A DNA stretch of 64,000 nucleotides from an uncultured virus (IMG/VR IMGVR_UViG_2061766007_000468) (IMGVR_UViG_2061766007_000468), one strand, 5' to 3'; positions 44,039 to 56,320 are shown, counted from the stretch's first letter. Notes: generated by a model not told the origin, from the letters alone. Numbers and translations: made by a program.

Positions 44039-45209
44039 ATAAATCTCCTTGGTTCGTACACACCCAATGAACCAGCGAGGCAGTCCCGCCACGCCGTCAC
44101 CATTCTAGCAGAGAGTGTCGAAGTCGAAACCCAGCTTTCCGCAAAAGTATTCCTTCCAGTTCTCCTCGCTTGCACCGCCCTCAGGCAACTGCTCTATGTA
44201 CCCTACCATTATCTCCTTCACCTTGGAATCTTCCAGCTTCTCCTTGGTTCTCGAACACCAGAAGTAGTCGTCCACGGAGTCCATGAAGAAGCTGGTGCCG
44301 CCGTGGGTAGGCTCCGTCCATACGTTAGCGCCGAACTTCGCCGTCGGACGGTCGTAGAAGTAGCCCTGCGCCTCCTCGCAAAGGGGAACCTCGACCTCGC
44401 TGAACTTGATCTGCGTACTGGCAATTCCGTCCGGAAGCTTGCCCTCGACCACCTTGTCCACCGTGACCACCGTGCCGATGTACCTCTTGCATGCGATGTC
44501 AACGAGTCCAAGTAGCTCCTCGTACTTCCTCAAGCCCTCGCAGCACACAACCATAAGGTACTGTCCGCAAGAGTATTCAGTGTGTGTGACTCCGTTGAGG
44601 ATACGGCTTAGGCCGATCCTCTCGTCGTTCGTGAGGTTCTTCACTTCCAAGAGGACGCTCATGTTCCCCTTGTCTTGCTTAATCTTCTTTATCATGTAAA
44701 TCTCCTTGGTTCGTACATGACCTATAACACAGAGAGGCAGTCCCGCAGTCCCACGGACAGTCCCTCGGTTCCCACAGTGCGCCCTATGGGNNNNNNNNNN
44801 GGGTATCAACCAGTTCACGAGTTCGTCGGTGGTAGCCAAAGGAACACCTACTTGAAAGTTTTCTTATCGAGGTGCGGTTTTCCGTCTTGGCCGATGACGG
44901 GCCAGATGACTTGTTTNNNNNNNNNNGTGGATAGATTGTTGATAAGTTGTTTTCAAGATCATGGGTTCACATCATGCCCATCTGTGCATTCTGTTGGGAC
45001 GCCGTTCGTTGGGTCGGGAACTGGTACACGGAGTTGTGGAGTCCCCGTCCGTCACTTAAACTCAAAGTCACTTTTTGTAGCGAAATGTTTACAATTAAGT
45101 AGGGAAACATCGGTCGGCTTGGGGGTCTCGCGTGTGGGCCTCGTTTCGCCCTTCGGCGGCTGTGTGCGGACTGCGCGGACGGGTTCGGATAAGGTAATAA
45201 GTAAGGCGC

Positions 45210-45520
45210 GACTAAGTTAGCCCAGGTTAATAAAGTTAGCTTCCTCCTTGTGGAGATTTTAAATGGAGACAACGCTTCGCGTACGAACCGACATAGCGGA
45301 AGTGTGCGAAACCAGAGTGACTAAGTTGTTGACAAGTGTTAATAGTTGGTGACTGTCTCCTATTGCTCAACTGTGCCCCACGGTTCCATCCGTGCGCACG
45401 TAATAAAAAAATATTTTTAAGGGTTCGCGACGGTCTGGACATGTTGGGACATGTCAGCCCCGTGCTGTCGGTGCCAGTCTGTCCGATCCGACGGCGAAAA
45501 AAGAAGCCGTGAAGCAAAGT
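45210..45520. repeat. long non-coding element, diverged second copy at ~53720-54040
   Basis: shared AAAGTTAGC, GGAGACAA, GTTGACAAGTG, TGTGCCCCACG, CGTGCGCACGTAA, CGACGGTCTGG and ATGTTGGGACA blocks in the same order. Confidence 0.75.
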
Positions 45521-45552
45521 TCACAGCTTGTTGATAGATTGTTGATAGATTG

Positions 45553-48500
45553 TTAAAATAATCTATTGAGCTTGAGTTCGTTTTCGGCGAGCTGAGCCTT
45601 GATCTTGTCCAGTTTTTCCTGGTACTGCTGATCCTTGTATGCGGCGATCGTCTGGTGGATGAAACCTCTGGGGTTATCGAGGGCTGGTTCTCTGTCGGTG
45701 AGTTCGAACAGAGTCGTGTCTTCGTCGGTGAGGAGTCTGCACGTCAGGGTAGGGTTAGGGTTGTTGGGATCGAGGTCTACACGGAGTCTGAGGTTGATGA
45801 TGATATCCGGATCCGGAGCGATGGCTCCCTTGATGTCGGACTCGAACGTGACCGTGAGGAGATCGGTGTCGGCATGGGGATTGGTAGGTACTGCGCCGTC
45901 GCCGAGGGCAAGGTTCAGCTCCGTTCCAAACTGTTCCCCATAGGGGCACTGGTGGTCATTGGTGAACTGAGCCTGGGTTTCGGACAGCGGATCTTCGGCT
46001 GGTCTTTCTTGTTGGGATTCCTTGATCCAGGGGCAGACGAGCTTGTCGATAAATTCGGTAAGTCTTGACATAAAAAATTATACTCCATAATGTCTTGTGT
46101 AATATTTGTGTTCCATTTCAGTAAGGGTCAGGAACTTGTCCTTGATGGCCTTGCTGGAGATATTGTATTCGTTGATCTTCCAGAAGTCGGTATCGGCGAT
46201 GCGGCAGAGGTTCCCTTGGTGGAACTTGGTGATGCTGACACGGACTTTGTCACGGTCTGTATCGAGGATGATAGTATAGTGGAACGTGTTATCGACGGCG
46301 ACGTCTGTGATGACACCGTTGATGGACGCGGTTCCTTCGCCGTCGATATCGTAGTCGCACTTAGGGGAGCTGAACTTCATGCCCTTGAAGGCCGGAAGCA
46401 TATAGGACTGGACGTACTTGAGGAGCTTCTGGTCGAAGTCTCTGATGTCTTCCAGGAATTGAGAATCTTTTTTGGACATATTGGCCTCCTTAGATTTCTT
46501 GAGCCTTTTTGATCTTGTCGATGAAGGGCTTTGCTTGCTGTTCCTTGGCTTCGCGTTCGGCAGCTTCGCGAAGGATGTCGTTGCAGACATTTTCGAGATA
46601 GTTCTTGACGGTGTTGATGGCGGAGATCGGGGAGAAGAAGATCTCTGTCTTGTCGTTGTTGAATACGTCGCCGTCTTCCATGTCGGTGATGTCGATGGGG
46701 TCTGCGTTGGCGAATAGCTTGAGCATGCCCTTGTTGGAGACACGATACCAGTGGATGCAGGTCATGTCCTCGTCTCGGAGCATGACGGCTGCCACGTCGT
46801 CGCCGACGGGTTCGGGACGATACTTCAGGAGTTCCTTGGCGGCTTGACGGACGGTATTGTCGTCGGTAAGTAAGAGTGGCACTTGGGTAGGAGCTGCGTT
46901 GTCTTCGATGAATTCTCCCTTCTTGTAGTGCTTGTCGCCGTTGAATTCGACGAACTTGTTGTCGGTGGTGGAGAATACGTGGAACCGGATATTTCCTAGG
47001 TTATTGAAGGTGACGCACGGGGCGAGCATGGAATTGGAACTTACGAACATAGTTAATCTCCTTTGGTTGAGTTGTGCATAAAGCATAGGCGAATGAGGCC
47101 GTCTCGCCGAGTGGCTGCCAGTTTTTAGAACTTCGTGATCATTTCCTTTGGATGACGGAGATCCGGAACGGACTGGGTGTCGCCACGTCCAGTGGCAGCC
47201 TTGACGGCGGCCTTGATTGCCTTGTCGCGTTCGTTGGCATGCCAGTAGATCTTTTTGTCGGCGTGGCAGCGCATACCGTACTCGACGAAGAATCCGGTTC
47301 CGCCGTGGTTGTTTCCGCAGCCGAAGGTGGTATAGGTGTAGAGAGGTTCCTCGACTGGTTCCCAGAGTACGCCCTTGAAGACGACGTACTTGTTGGCTTC
47401 CTTGCGGACTTCGTCGCGGTTGCTCGGAAGGTTCGACTTGGTGATGATGGACTTGTCTGGGTCGAACGTGATATCCGGCTTGTTCCAGTCGTCGAAGCGA
47501 CGGCAGAAGTTCTGGTACTGTTCGAGTCGCTGGGCGAGTTCTTCTTCCGGCTTGGGGAAGGATCTGGCGATGGCGGAGCCGTAGGAATGGCGGATCGGTC
47601 TGTAGAGCTGCTTCTTGTACCGACGGATCGTTTCGGTGAAGTAGATGGAATTTCTCTGGTCACCGTGATGGACAAGCTCCCATAGTTGTTCGTTGTCGCG
47701 AACCTTCGGGTACACGGTCGTATAGCGTTTGACCTTGTAGGCGATCGGAAAGAAAGATTCCTGGGTGATCGTCGCGATTCTGATGTGGGTGTTGTCGGTC
47801 TTGAGCTGACGGCGTGTCTTGGTATGTTTCGCCGTCGGAAGGTATTCGACTGTATAGGTAAGAGGGAAGATGATCTCCATGATGGTCTCCTTGGTTGTTT
47901 GTTATATTTGAGGTGTTGCTCGACCTAATTGTTTCCCGATTCGCGACAGCAGCAGGTTTCCTCGTTGCCGTAACGGAGCAGATAAATCGGGTCGCCGCTG
48001 ACCAAGTCGGGAAGCGTTTCGACAAACTCGGCCATGTTCATTGTGTCGGTCTTGGGTTTCCCGATTTCGAGCGCCCAAGCGTCGCCGTAGTCGAACCCTA
48101 CCGGGAGGAGGACCATTCGATAGTCACCGTTGATATCGAGACCTAGCTGATAACCTTTCTTGAAAATTTTTTCCTGTATGGCCTTGACGTCGGCGAGAAT
48201 TTCGGCAAAATCCTGGTCATAGTTGGGACCCTTGATTGCGCGTGCAATGCTAGACTGTTCCATGTTGTTATTTCCTTGGTTGTTGGTAGTTTGTTCCATG
48301 TTGTTGTTTCCTTGGTTGTTGGTAGTTGGTTGATCGACGTACCCATCAATATGGCCTAGAGGCAGTCCCGCCAGGTATTAACCAGTTCACGAGTTCGTCG
48401 GTGGTAGCCAAAGGAACACTTACTTGAAAGTTTTCTTTTCGAGGTGCGGTTTTCCGTCTTGGCCGATGACGGGCCAGATGACTTGTTTACCCTTGGTTAT

Positions 48501-49941
48501 GAAATGTGTGAAGATGTCGTTCTTGCCGATCCCCTGCTTGACGAGGGAATCGATGAACTGGTTAGCCAGTTCAGTGTATTCAGTCATATTTTGTTCCTTT
48601 TGATAGGTATAGGATCAATCGCCGATTCGGGACAAATCCGGTTGCTTGAGGTTCAGTACCTTCGCCACACGTTCACCTTGATTGATGAGCTTTGCGATGG
48701 TCTTGGCGATGTCGGCTTNNNNNNNNNNCCTTGAGGGGTAACCTTGAAATGGGCGAACGTCTTAGTATTGATACAGTGTTCGAGAACGGCGTGGTCGAAC
48801 TTTCCAATAGTCAGACTGTAGCCACGTTCCTTCTTGTATTCACGCTTCATAGAGCGGATGGCCGGTTTCAGTTCGTCAAACTTTCTGATCATGCTGGTCT
48901 CCTTGGTTGTTGGTTGTAGGTTGATCGACGTACCCTTCAATCTGGTCGAGAGGCAGNNNNNNNNNNCCATATTTTGCTCCTTTTGATAGGTATAGAGAGA
49001 ACGGGCGTCGTGGGGCTCCCGGTTGGCCATCAGCATCATGTAGGTGGTGAGCTTGATGTCCACCACAACGTTCAATTAATACCCACACGGCCAGTTAAAG
49101 AGATAGTACAGTTGGCCAGAGGACGTGTCGGTGAAATACATAAACAATGTATATTTAAGATAGCTAGCTATGGTATCTTTCATATCTTCATTGATGGCAC
49201 CATGTAATTTATCGAGTTGATTGTCCACGCTGTTACATTTCAATGTATCATGGTGTACTCCGCAAATATCCTCCATTATCGATAGCGCCATCGTTGGCAC
49301 ATAATCATGAAGGAAATCTTCCTTGGTTATCAAGGAATCGCACACCTTCCCCACAAGTACCATGGAACCTGGTCTTGATACACGTTGCGAAGACATTCCA
49401 AAATATAATGACATAGAGGACGATGACATCGTGAGAAAGCGTCCATGTTCTGGTACACTACTCGAACTATAGGTCGAATCCACTGATGGGTCATAACTGC
49501 TGGCCACACTGTCATCACACGCGGTTAACCACATAGTTATAAACGATATGATAAGCATAATGGCTTTCATGAGTTTTCTCCTTGTTTGTTTGTTGTAGGT
49601 TGATCGACGTATCCTTCAATCTGGTCGAGAGGCAGTCCCGCCGGATGGTCGCCAGTCGGGTAGAGCTTGTCCCTGTGTTCAGAGAGCCAGCAGTTGAAGG
49701 CGTGGATAGTGCAGACTTCGGCGGCAGTGTACGCCATCAGTCGTTCGCCGAGCCTACTGGTGATGTATCGGAAGAGACGGTTTCCGTCCGGCAAGAAGAT
49801 TACCATGGCGGTTATTTCGGTGTTGGCCTCTTCGTTACGGATAAAGAATGTACGGGTCTTGGTTCCTTCTGGGTAGTCGTCGAAGACTCCACGGTCTGGT
49901 TCGCACAGGGTAGACTTGATTTTGATGTGGATGTCGGCCAT
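45553..49941 (-). CDS. run of hypothetical genes, including an AT-rich predicted lipoprotein (49076-49570)
   Basis: RBS-led ORFs; LTAC lipobox in 49076-49570. Confidence 0.55.
48261..48332 (-). repeat. 36-bp tandem duplication of RBS plus start codon
   Basis: CATGTTGTT(A/G)TTTCCTTGGTTGTTGGTAGTT occurs twice with no gap between. Confidence 0.8.
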
Positions 49942-50118
49942 TGGTCTCCTTGGTTGTGTGGGTGTGTGGTATAAATATAATATACCGCGTGTGGCGTGTC
50001 AATAGAAATTTTTGGAAGTCCCGTTGGAACCGTGCCAGTCAGTTGGGGACGTCGGCACAAAAAAGGCCCCAGATCCCGGAGGATCTGGAGCTTTCCAACC
50101 ACGGAGCATTAAAAAATC

Positions 50119-50448
50119 TTAGAAGTGGGGAATGTCGGTAATGCGAGTAGGGCTGTTGACGTACTGCCAAGCTTGTGTCAGGGTACGTTCGAGAGCCTTC
50201 TTGTTACTGGTGAGATAAGCAGCATTGAACGGAATAGTCTGGAACAGATCCGGATGATGGTTGAAGTGTGCTACCACTCGGCCAGGTTCGGCCTTGACTA
50301 CCACTGAGCCATGGTCGAACTCGATCATGTCTTCAGCGACTGCGTTATCGAACAGTCGACGGAAGAGGATCTTCTGATTATCGATACGGTTTTGTTGTCT
50401 ACGGGCTTGGTCATGTGCGTACCAAGCGATGGGGTCGGCGAAGTTCAT
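50119..50448 (-). CDS. hypothetical protein MNFADP family (copies at 54470-54798 and 54929-55273)
   Basis: three closely related ORFs. Confidence 0.7.
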   Translation of the reverse strand: MNFADPIAWYAHDQARRQQNRIDNQKILFRRLFDNAVAEDMIEFDHGSVVVKAEPGRVVAHFNHHPDLFQTIPFNAAYLTSNKKALERTLTQAWQYVNSPTRITDIPHF

Positions 50449-50780
50449 ATAAAGCTCCTTGTTGTTAGCAGTTTATTGGACGGAGACGACCCTGGAATCA
50501 ACCGAGTAGGCCGCGTCTGTCAGATCGGCATGTTCTGCGCGGAGTCGCGCAATCGCCGCCGCCTGTGCAATTTCTTTTGCGGACTCAGCGTCCTTGGCGT
50601 TGACTTCGTAGGACGTGTTGACCTTGATGGTTACGTCGAGGAATACATTGAATTTCTTAGCCATATTAGATCTCCTTGGTGGTGTATATAGAATCGATCA
50701 GAGAGGCAGCCCCGTGAGAGAAGCGCCAGTCAGCACGTCGGCCAACTGGCGCTGTTAACCAGGGAGCATTAAAAAATTGT

Positions 50781-50882
50781 AAGATCTGCTGTGACTGACT
50801 CGTCTGGGCGATCCGTCTCCCAGTCACTTGCTACACGGTGTTGGAGATCTATCGCCACTTCGCTTCCGTGTATGCAGATCTT
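50781..50882 (-). ncRNA. candidate three-way-junction RNA with loop-loop pairing
   Basis: stems AAGATCTGC/GCAGATCTT, TACACGG/CCGTGTA and GTGACTG/CAGTCAC; loops complementary at 11 of 14 nt. Confidence 0.55.
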
Positions 50883-50885
50883 TTT

Positions 50886-51009
50886 TAGTGGGCCGAGCTG
50901 GATTCGAACCAACATCTCCGGAAAGCCAGGTTCCCAGACAGCCGTTCCTCGCGAGCCGTAGCTGTCTGATTTGCCCGTCCGGTGTGAATCTCCGTTATAC
51001 TATCAACCC
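50886..51009 (-). ncRNA. tRNA-like RNA with a 55-nt structured insert replacing the anticodon loop (copy 1)
   Basis: acceptor GGGTTGA/TCGGCCC, D arm, anticodon stem CCGGA/TCCGG, T arm GTTGG-TTCGAAT-CCAGC, 3' ACTA. Confidence 0.75.
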
Positions 51010-51015
51010 AGAGGT

Positions 51016-51077
51016 GGCCTCGACGGTAAGGAGGACACGCAGCACCCGTCGAGGCCGATACACAACCCGCTGCGTGT
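51016..51077 (-). ncRNA. candidate H-type pseudoknot
   Basis: interleaved perfect stems ACACGCAGC/GCTGCGTGT and GGCCTCGACGG/CCGTCGAGGCC. Confidence 0.5.
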
Positions 51078-51090
51078 AAAAAAATAATTT

Positions 51091-51166
51091 GCCGACGGCG
51101 GCGGTGTGTGTTGTGGCTGGGTGTGTTAGTCCCAGGCCACCGTCGGCTGCCCCAGGGAACGGGGCA
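51091..51166 (-). ncRNA. conserved structured 3' element with CA-rich loops (second copy 56381-56456)
   Basis: hairpin plus long stem CCGACGGTGGC/GCCGCCGTCGG enclosing CTGGG/CCCAG; nearly identical at both loci. Confidence 0.6.
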
Positions 51167-51169
51167 AAC

Positions 51170-51631
51170 TTATTCCGCTACGTCACGAGCTGGATAGTAG
51201 TGGTGTACGACCGGAATGTTGCATTTCTTGGCCAAGGCCACAGCCTTGCGATGTTCCGTACAGTTACCGTTGTCGTCATGATCCCAGCTCATGAGCAGCC
51301 CATGTGCCGTGAGTACCATGAGGACGCACTTGATGACGGCATCGTATGGTTCTCTGGCTGTCTTGCAGAACGTCCAAGAGTCGACGCCGACACGTTCCTT
51401 GGTACTAGGATCCGGTGTCAGGGCGAACACAAAGCCTTCGCACGGGCCGCTGATACAAATGCTATCCGTTTCGATCTGGCCTTCGACGAAGTCGGTGTTG
51501 CGCTTCTTGGTCAAAACTTCTTCGTTGAACTTTTCCTTGACCACCTTGATCTGGTCGAGGACTTCCTTGGGGAAGGTCTTGATGGTGTTGATCTTTGCCT
51601 TGTTCGGTGTCCAATAATTGGTGTAACCCAT
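51170..51631 (-). CDS. conserved phage hypothetical protein (MGYTxYW...FCKTxRxPYD family); diverged homolog at ~56469-56792
   Basis: MGYTNYW, CEGF.F and GVDSW.FCKT.R.PYD shared by both copies. Confidence 0.75.
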   Translation of the reverse strand: MGYTNYWTPNKAKINTIKTFPKEVLDQIKVVKEKFNEEVLTKKRNTDFVEGQIETDSICISGPCEGFVFALTPDPSTKERVGVDSWTFCKTAREPYDAVIKCVLMVLTAHGLLMSWDHDDNGNCTEHRKAVALAKKCNIPVVHHYYPARDVAE

Positions 51632-52855
51632 GATTAAATCTCCTTGATTGGTTTGCTTGGTTGTGTAGAATGAATAAGCTGGCGAGGCAGTCCCGCCAGC
51701 TGGCGGCCAGTCTTACAGTTCCGTCTCGACCGTCCACTTCGTCCAGACGGGCCAGGTGTTCGGCGACTCCGCGCACTTGGTCTGGCGCAGCGTCTTCATC
51801 GTGGGGAACGTGATACCGTCGGACTGTTCCTTGTATGCTTCGGCGAGCTTTTTGAAGTCGTCGATGACGAACTGGTACGCCTCGCTGACGGTTGCGCAGA
51901 TCTTGACAAAGGAACGGAGATCGCCGCTCTGGTTGTCATACTGTGCGCCGTGGACAGCAACGACATTGCATTCGTGTTCCCAGATGGTTCCGTCGATGAA
52001 GTTTCCGTCGGTCGTCTCGAAGGCCACGCTTTCGGTAGCGTTCTTGACGGCTTCGAGCAGCTGTTCCTTGTCATCGACGTCGGCTTCGTACGGCTTACCG
52101 TCGATATAGACGTTATCCAGTCGTCCACCGATGAACGAATCTTTGACTTGTTCAGTGGCCCAGTCGTGCAGATTGATCTGGGCCGAGCGTTCGGTCGGAT
52201 AAAGATCCGTCGTAGAGGAATGGTCGTCGGCGTTGAACGTGACAAAATCGAATTGTTTCATTGTAAGTCTCCTTGGTTGTGTATAAGGAATAAGACGGCG
52301 GAGCAGTCCCGCCGTCCGGCGGCCAGTCTTACAGTGCCTTGACCTTGTCGACGACCTTCAGGAAGTCGCCGTAGTCTTCCTCACCGTAGCTGCGAGTAGC
52401 CATCTCGTGGGAATGCTTCTTGAAATATTCCTTGAGCCACTTGGCCTCGCCGTTGGTGAGGGTCAATGTTTTTTCTTTCTGTGTAGCCATTATGCGCACT
52501 CCTTTACAAGTTCTTTGAGTTTCTTGCCAGCGGCGTCCATGCCGTCTTGGTCGTCTTCGGCGACGGCGTCGTCGTATTCGTCGAGGGCAGTCCTCACCTT
52601 CTCGCGGAAGTCCTTGTCTTCAGAAGCCTTCTGGTCAAGCGCCCAAGCGTCGTTGTAATCAATTTCATTCGTGAGCTGAGCCACGTCTTCGAGTCTTTCT
52701 TCAAACATTTTTAATCTCCTTGGTTGTTTGGTTGTATCAAATAAATATTTATTTGGAGCAGCCCCGCTGGTGTTTTGCCAGTCACCCTATGGGGTAGGCG
52801 ATAAAAAACTGGGCGGAAGCGATTCCGCCCAGAACCAGGGAGTCGAAATTTTATT

Positions 52856-53487
52856 TTAGTGATCGTGACAAGCGATCACCTTGACCTTGCTGTCGATACA
52901 AAGTCGGCAGTTTTCACAGTGCGACTTCGGGTCGGGGTTGAGCTTGGCCTTGCCGCTTTTGTCGAGGATCAAGTACGCGGGGCAGTAGCACTTGGTCGGC
53001 AAGTGCATATTCACGCCGTCGTCGAACACGAACGCCTTGACGTTGGGCAAGTGAGAATATTTTTTGTATTCTTCAGCGCCGAACTCGTGCCAGACGGAGA
53101 AAAGCACGGTGAAGTTGGGCGGCACGTCGCCATTGTCCAAGAATTTTCCGACGATATCGTACATCTTGGTATAGATGTAGAACTTGGTATCGGGGAAGCG
53201 GATAGCGAGGCGGCACCACATGGCCATCTGGCGTTCGTTTTCAAGCTCGCCGCTCTGGTTGATACGGGCGATCTTGATGTGGTGCTTCTCGATCTGGGCG
53301 GCGAGGTCGGCTTCTACCTTCTTGAGTTCGTGGCGGAGGCCCCAAGTGTTGATCGCTTGGGACTGGACTACGCCAGGGAAGCGGTAGGAGGCGCGGACGT
53401 AGCAGCTCTTCTTGCACGCGGCGCAGTTCTTGCACGAGCCCTTGATGTCTTCCAGGAGTCCGCTGAGACCCTTGTAGGTGTAGTCGC
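52856..53487 (-). CDS. Gp88-like (radical-SAM-like, Cys-cluster) phage protein, 5' end in gap
   Basis: CKNCAACKKSCY, RINQSGE, FYIYTK and CENCRLC motifs. Confidence 0.7.
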
Positions 53488-56200
53488 NNNNNNNNNNCTT
53501 TCCCCTAGCGGAAGCCCTGTGGCGAGTGTGCGAGGAAGTTAGCCCAGAGTAAGAAAGTTAGCGCATTTTGTAACCTAGAATAGAGATTGTTTGAAGTGGA
53601 GACAAATACCCAACATAGTGGAAATGTGTCGAGAATGTTGATAAGGTGTTGACAAGTGAAAAAATTAGTTTACATAATGTATGTAATCGGCAATGCTTTT
53701 ATACTGCTCNNNNNNNNNNAGGAAGTTAGTCCAGAGTAAGAAAGTTAGCGCATTTGGCAACCTAGAATAGAGATTGTTTGAAGTGGAGACAAAATACCAA
53801 CATAGTGGAAATGTGTCGAGGATGTTGATAAGTTGTTGACAAGTGCAAAAATTAGTTTACATAATGTATGTAATCGGCAATGCTTTTATACTGCTCAAGT
53901 GTGCCCCACGATCCCAGACGTGCGCACGTAAGTAAAAAATATTTTTTATGGTCTGCGACGGTCTGGCCATGTTGGGACACTTCAGTCCCGTCGGAACCGT
54001 GCCAGTCAGTCGGCGCTGGCGGCACAAAAAAAGCCCCAGGTCNNNNNNNNNNNNNNNNNNNNNNNNNNNNNNNNNNNNNNNNNNNNNNNNNNNNNNNNNN
54101 NNNNNNNNNNNNNNNNNNNNNNNNNNNNNNNNNNNNNNNNNNNNNNNNNNNNNNNNNNNNNNNNNNNNNNNNNNNNNNNNNNNNNNNNNNNNNNNNNNNN
54201 NNNNNNNNNNNNNNNNNNNNNNNNNNNNNNNNNNNNNNNNNNNNNNNNNNNNNNNNNNNNNNNNNNNNNNNNNNNNNNNNNNNNNNNNNNNNNNNNNNNN
54301 NNNNNNNNNNNNNNNNNNNNNNNNNNNNNNNNNNNNNNNNNNNNNNNNNNNNNNNNNNNNNNNNNNNNNNNNNNNNNNNNNNNNNNNNNNNNNNNNNNNN
54401 NNNNNNNNNNNNNNNNNNNNNNNNNNNNNNNNNNNNNNNNNNNNNNNNNNNNNNNNNNNNNNNAAAATATTAGAAGTGGGGAAGGTCGGTAATGCGAGTA
54501 GGGCTGTTGACGTACTGCCAAGCTTGTGTCAAGGTACGTTCGAGAGCTTCCTTGTTGGAAGACAAGTATGCGGCATTGAATGGGATAGTCCGGAACAGAT
54601 CCGGATGATGGTTGAAGTGAGCGACCACACGGCCATTTTCGGCCTTGACGACCACGGAACCACTGGATACATCGATCAGTCCCATCTGGACAGCACGGTC
54701 GAACAGTTGGCGGAAGAGGATCTTCTGGTTATCGATACGGTTTTTTTGTCTACGGGCTTGGTCCTGGACGTACCAGGCGAGAGGGTCAGCGAAGTTCATA
54801 TACAGCTCCTTATATGTATGGTGTTTATCAAAATTCCCCCAAAGAAGCACCAGTCTACCTATGGGTAAACTGGTGCTATAACCAGGGAGCNNNNNNNNNN
54901 GGCTTTCCAACCACGGAGAATAAAAATTTTATAAGTGAGGGATGTCGGTAATGTGAGTAGGGCTGTTGACGTACTGCAAAGCTTGGGTCAAAGTATTTTC
55001 GAGAGCGTCCTTGTGACTGGAGAGATAATACGCATTGAACGGAATAGTCTGGAACAGATCCGGATGATGGTTGAAGTGTGCGACCACACGGCCAGGTTCG
55101 GCCTTGACGATTACGGTTTTTCGGCGACTCGGCAGAGTGGCGATTTCGATCAGACCGTCGTGGACTGCGTCATCGAACAGTCGACGGAAGAGGATCTTCT
55201 GATTATCGATACGGTTTTGTTGTCTACGGGCCTGGTCATGGACGTACCAAGCGATAGGGTCAGCGAAATTCATATACAAGCTCCTTATATGTATGGTGTT
55301 TATCAGAATTCCCCAAAAGAAGCACCAGTCTACCTATGGGTAAACTGGTGCTGTAACCANNNNNNNNNNNNNNNNNNNNNNNNNNNNNNNNNNNNNNNNN
55401 NNNNNNNNNNNNNNNNNNNNNNNNNNNNNNNNNNNNNNNNNNNNNNNNNNNNNNNNGCATCGAACTGGCCGGACTTGATGTACTGGATCGCATCGACGAG
55501 TTTCGTTCTGGCCAACTCAGTGGATTCATGCCTAATACGTACATCATTACCAGATTCGGCAACGGTGAGGCAGTTTACCATCTCGTCAGCGTCTTCGTCA
55601 TATGCATTGACATAGACATAGATTTCGTCTTGTCTATTGAGATATGACACAATAACTTTGAAGTTGGTATAATCGTTATACCTCTTGTCCTTTACAGTGA
55701 CCGTCAGCTCGGTTCTGTCTTCCTTGCGCATATTATTGTAATGGATGAGGATATCACGATAGTTTGCGTTAATATGGTGCCAGAATTCTTCGAAGAAGGC
55801 TTTCTGCTTCTTCTCGGTATTTTCGAGTTTTTTGGTGGTTTTTTCGGTATCGGCTTCTACTGCGTTGAGCAGATCGCTGAGGTTCTGTACGATTTTGGTG
55901 ACATTCTTGTTAGCCATGATATGATCTCCTTTGGTTGTGGGTGCCCTTAGTATAATTATGTAGCGCAGTCCCGTCTGGGCTGTGCCAGTCNNNNNNNNNN
56001 GACGATTTTGGTAATATTCTTGTTAGCCATGATATGATCTCCTTGGTTGTGTGTGCCCTTAGTATAATTGTGTAGCGCAGTCCCGTCTGGGCTGTGCCAG
56101 TCCCTGGTTTTGCTGGGCGANNNNNNNNNNAGTTTCCGGAGGCCAGAAAAAAGCCGAGACGGAGATCATCCGTCCCGGCCAACCAGGGAGCTATAGAATT

Positions 56201-56320
56201 TAGTAGTCTGAACCGGAGTCGAACCAGTAACTACGGATCGGGTTCCCAGACAGATGTTGCTAGCTAGTCTATCTGGCTGATTTTTCCGTCCGTCGCATTT
56301 ACCAATTAAGCTATCAGACC
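56201..56320 (-). ncRNA. tRNA-like RNA with a 51-nt structured insert replacing the anticodon loop (copy 2)
   Basis: acceptor GGTCTGA/TCAGACT, D loop AATTGGTAA, anticodon stem ACGGA/TCCGT, T arm ACTGG-TTCGACT-CCGGT, 3' ACTA. Confidence 0.75.

Noticed and set aside
50886..51009. Canonical tRNA, tmRNA or selenocysteine tRNA call (also 56201-56320)
   Set aside because: No 7-nt anticodon loop or U33, no tag ORF, and the extra arm is in the anticodon rather than the variable position
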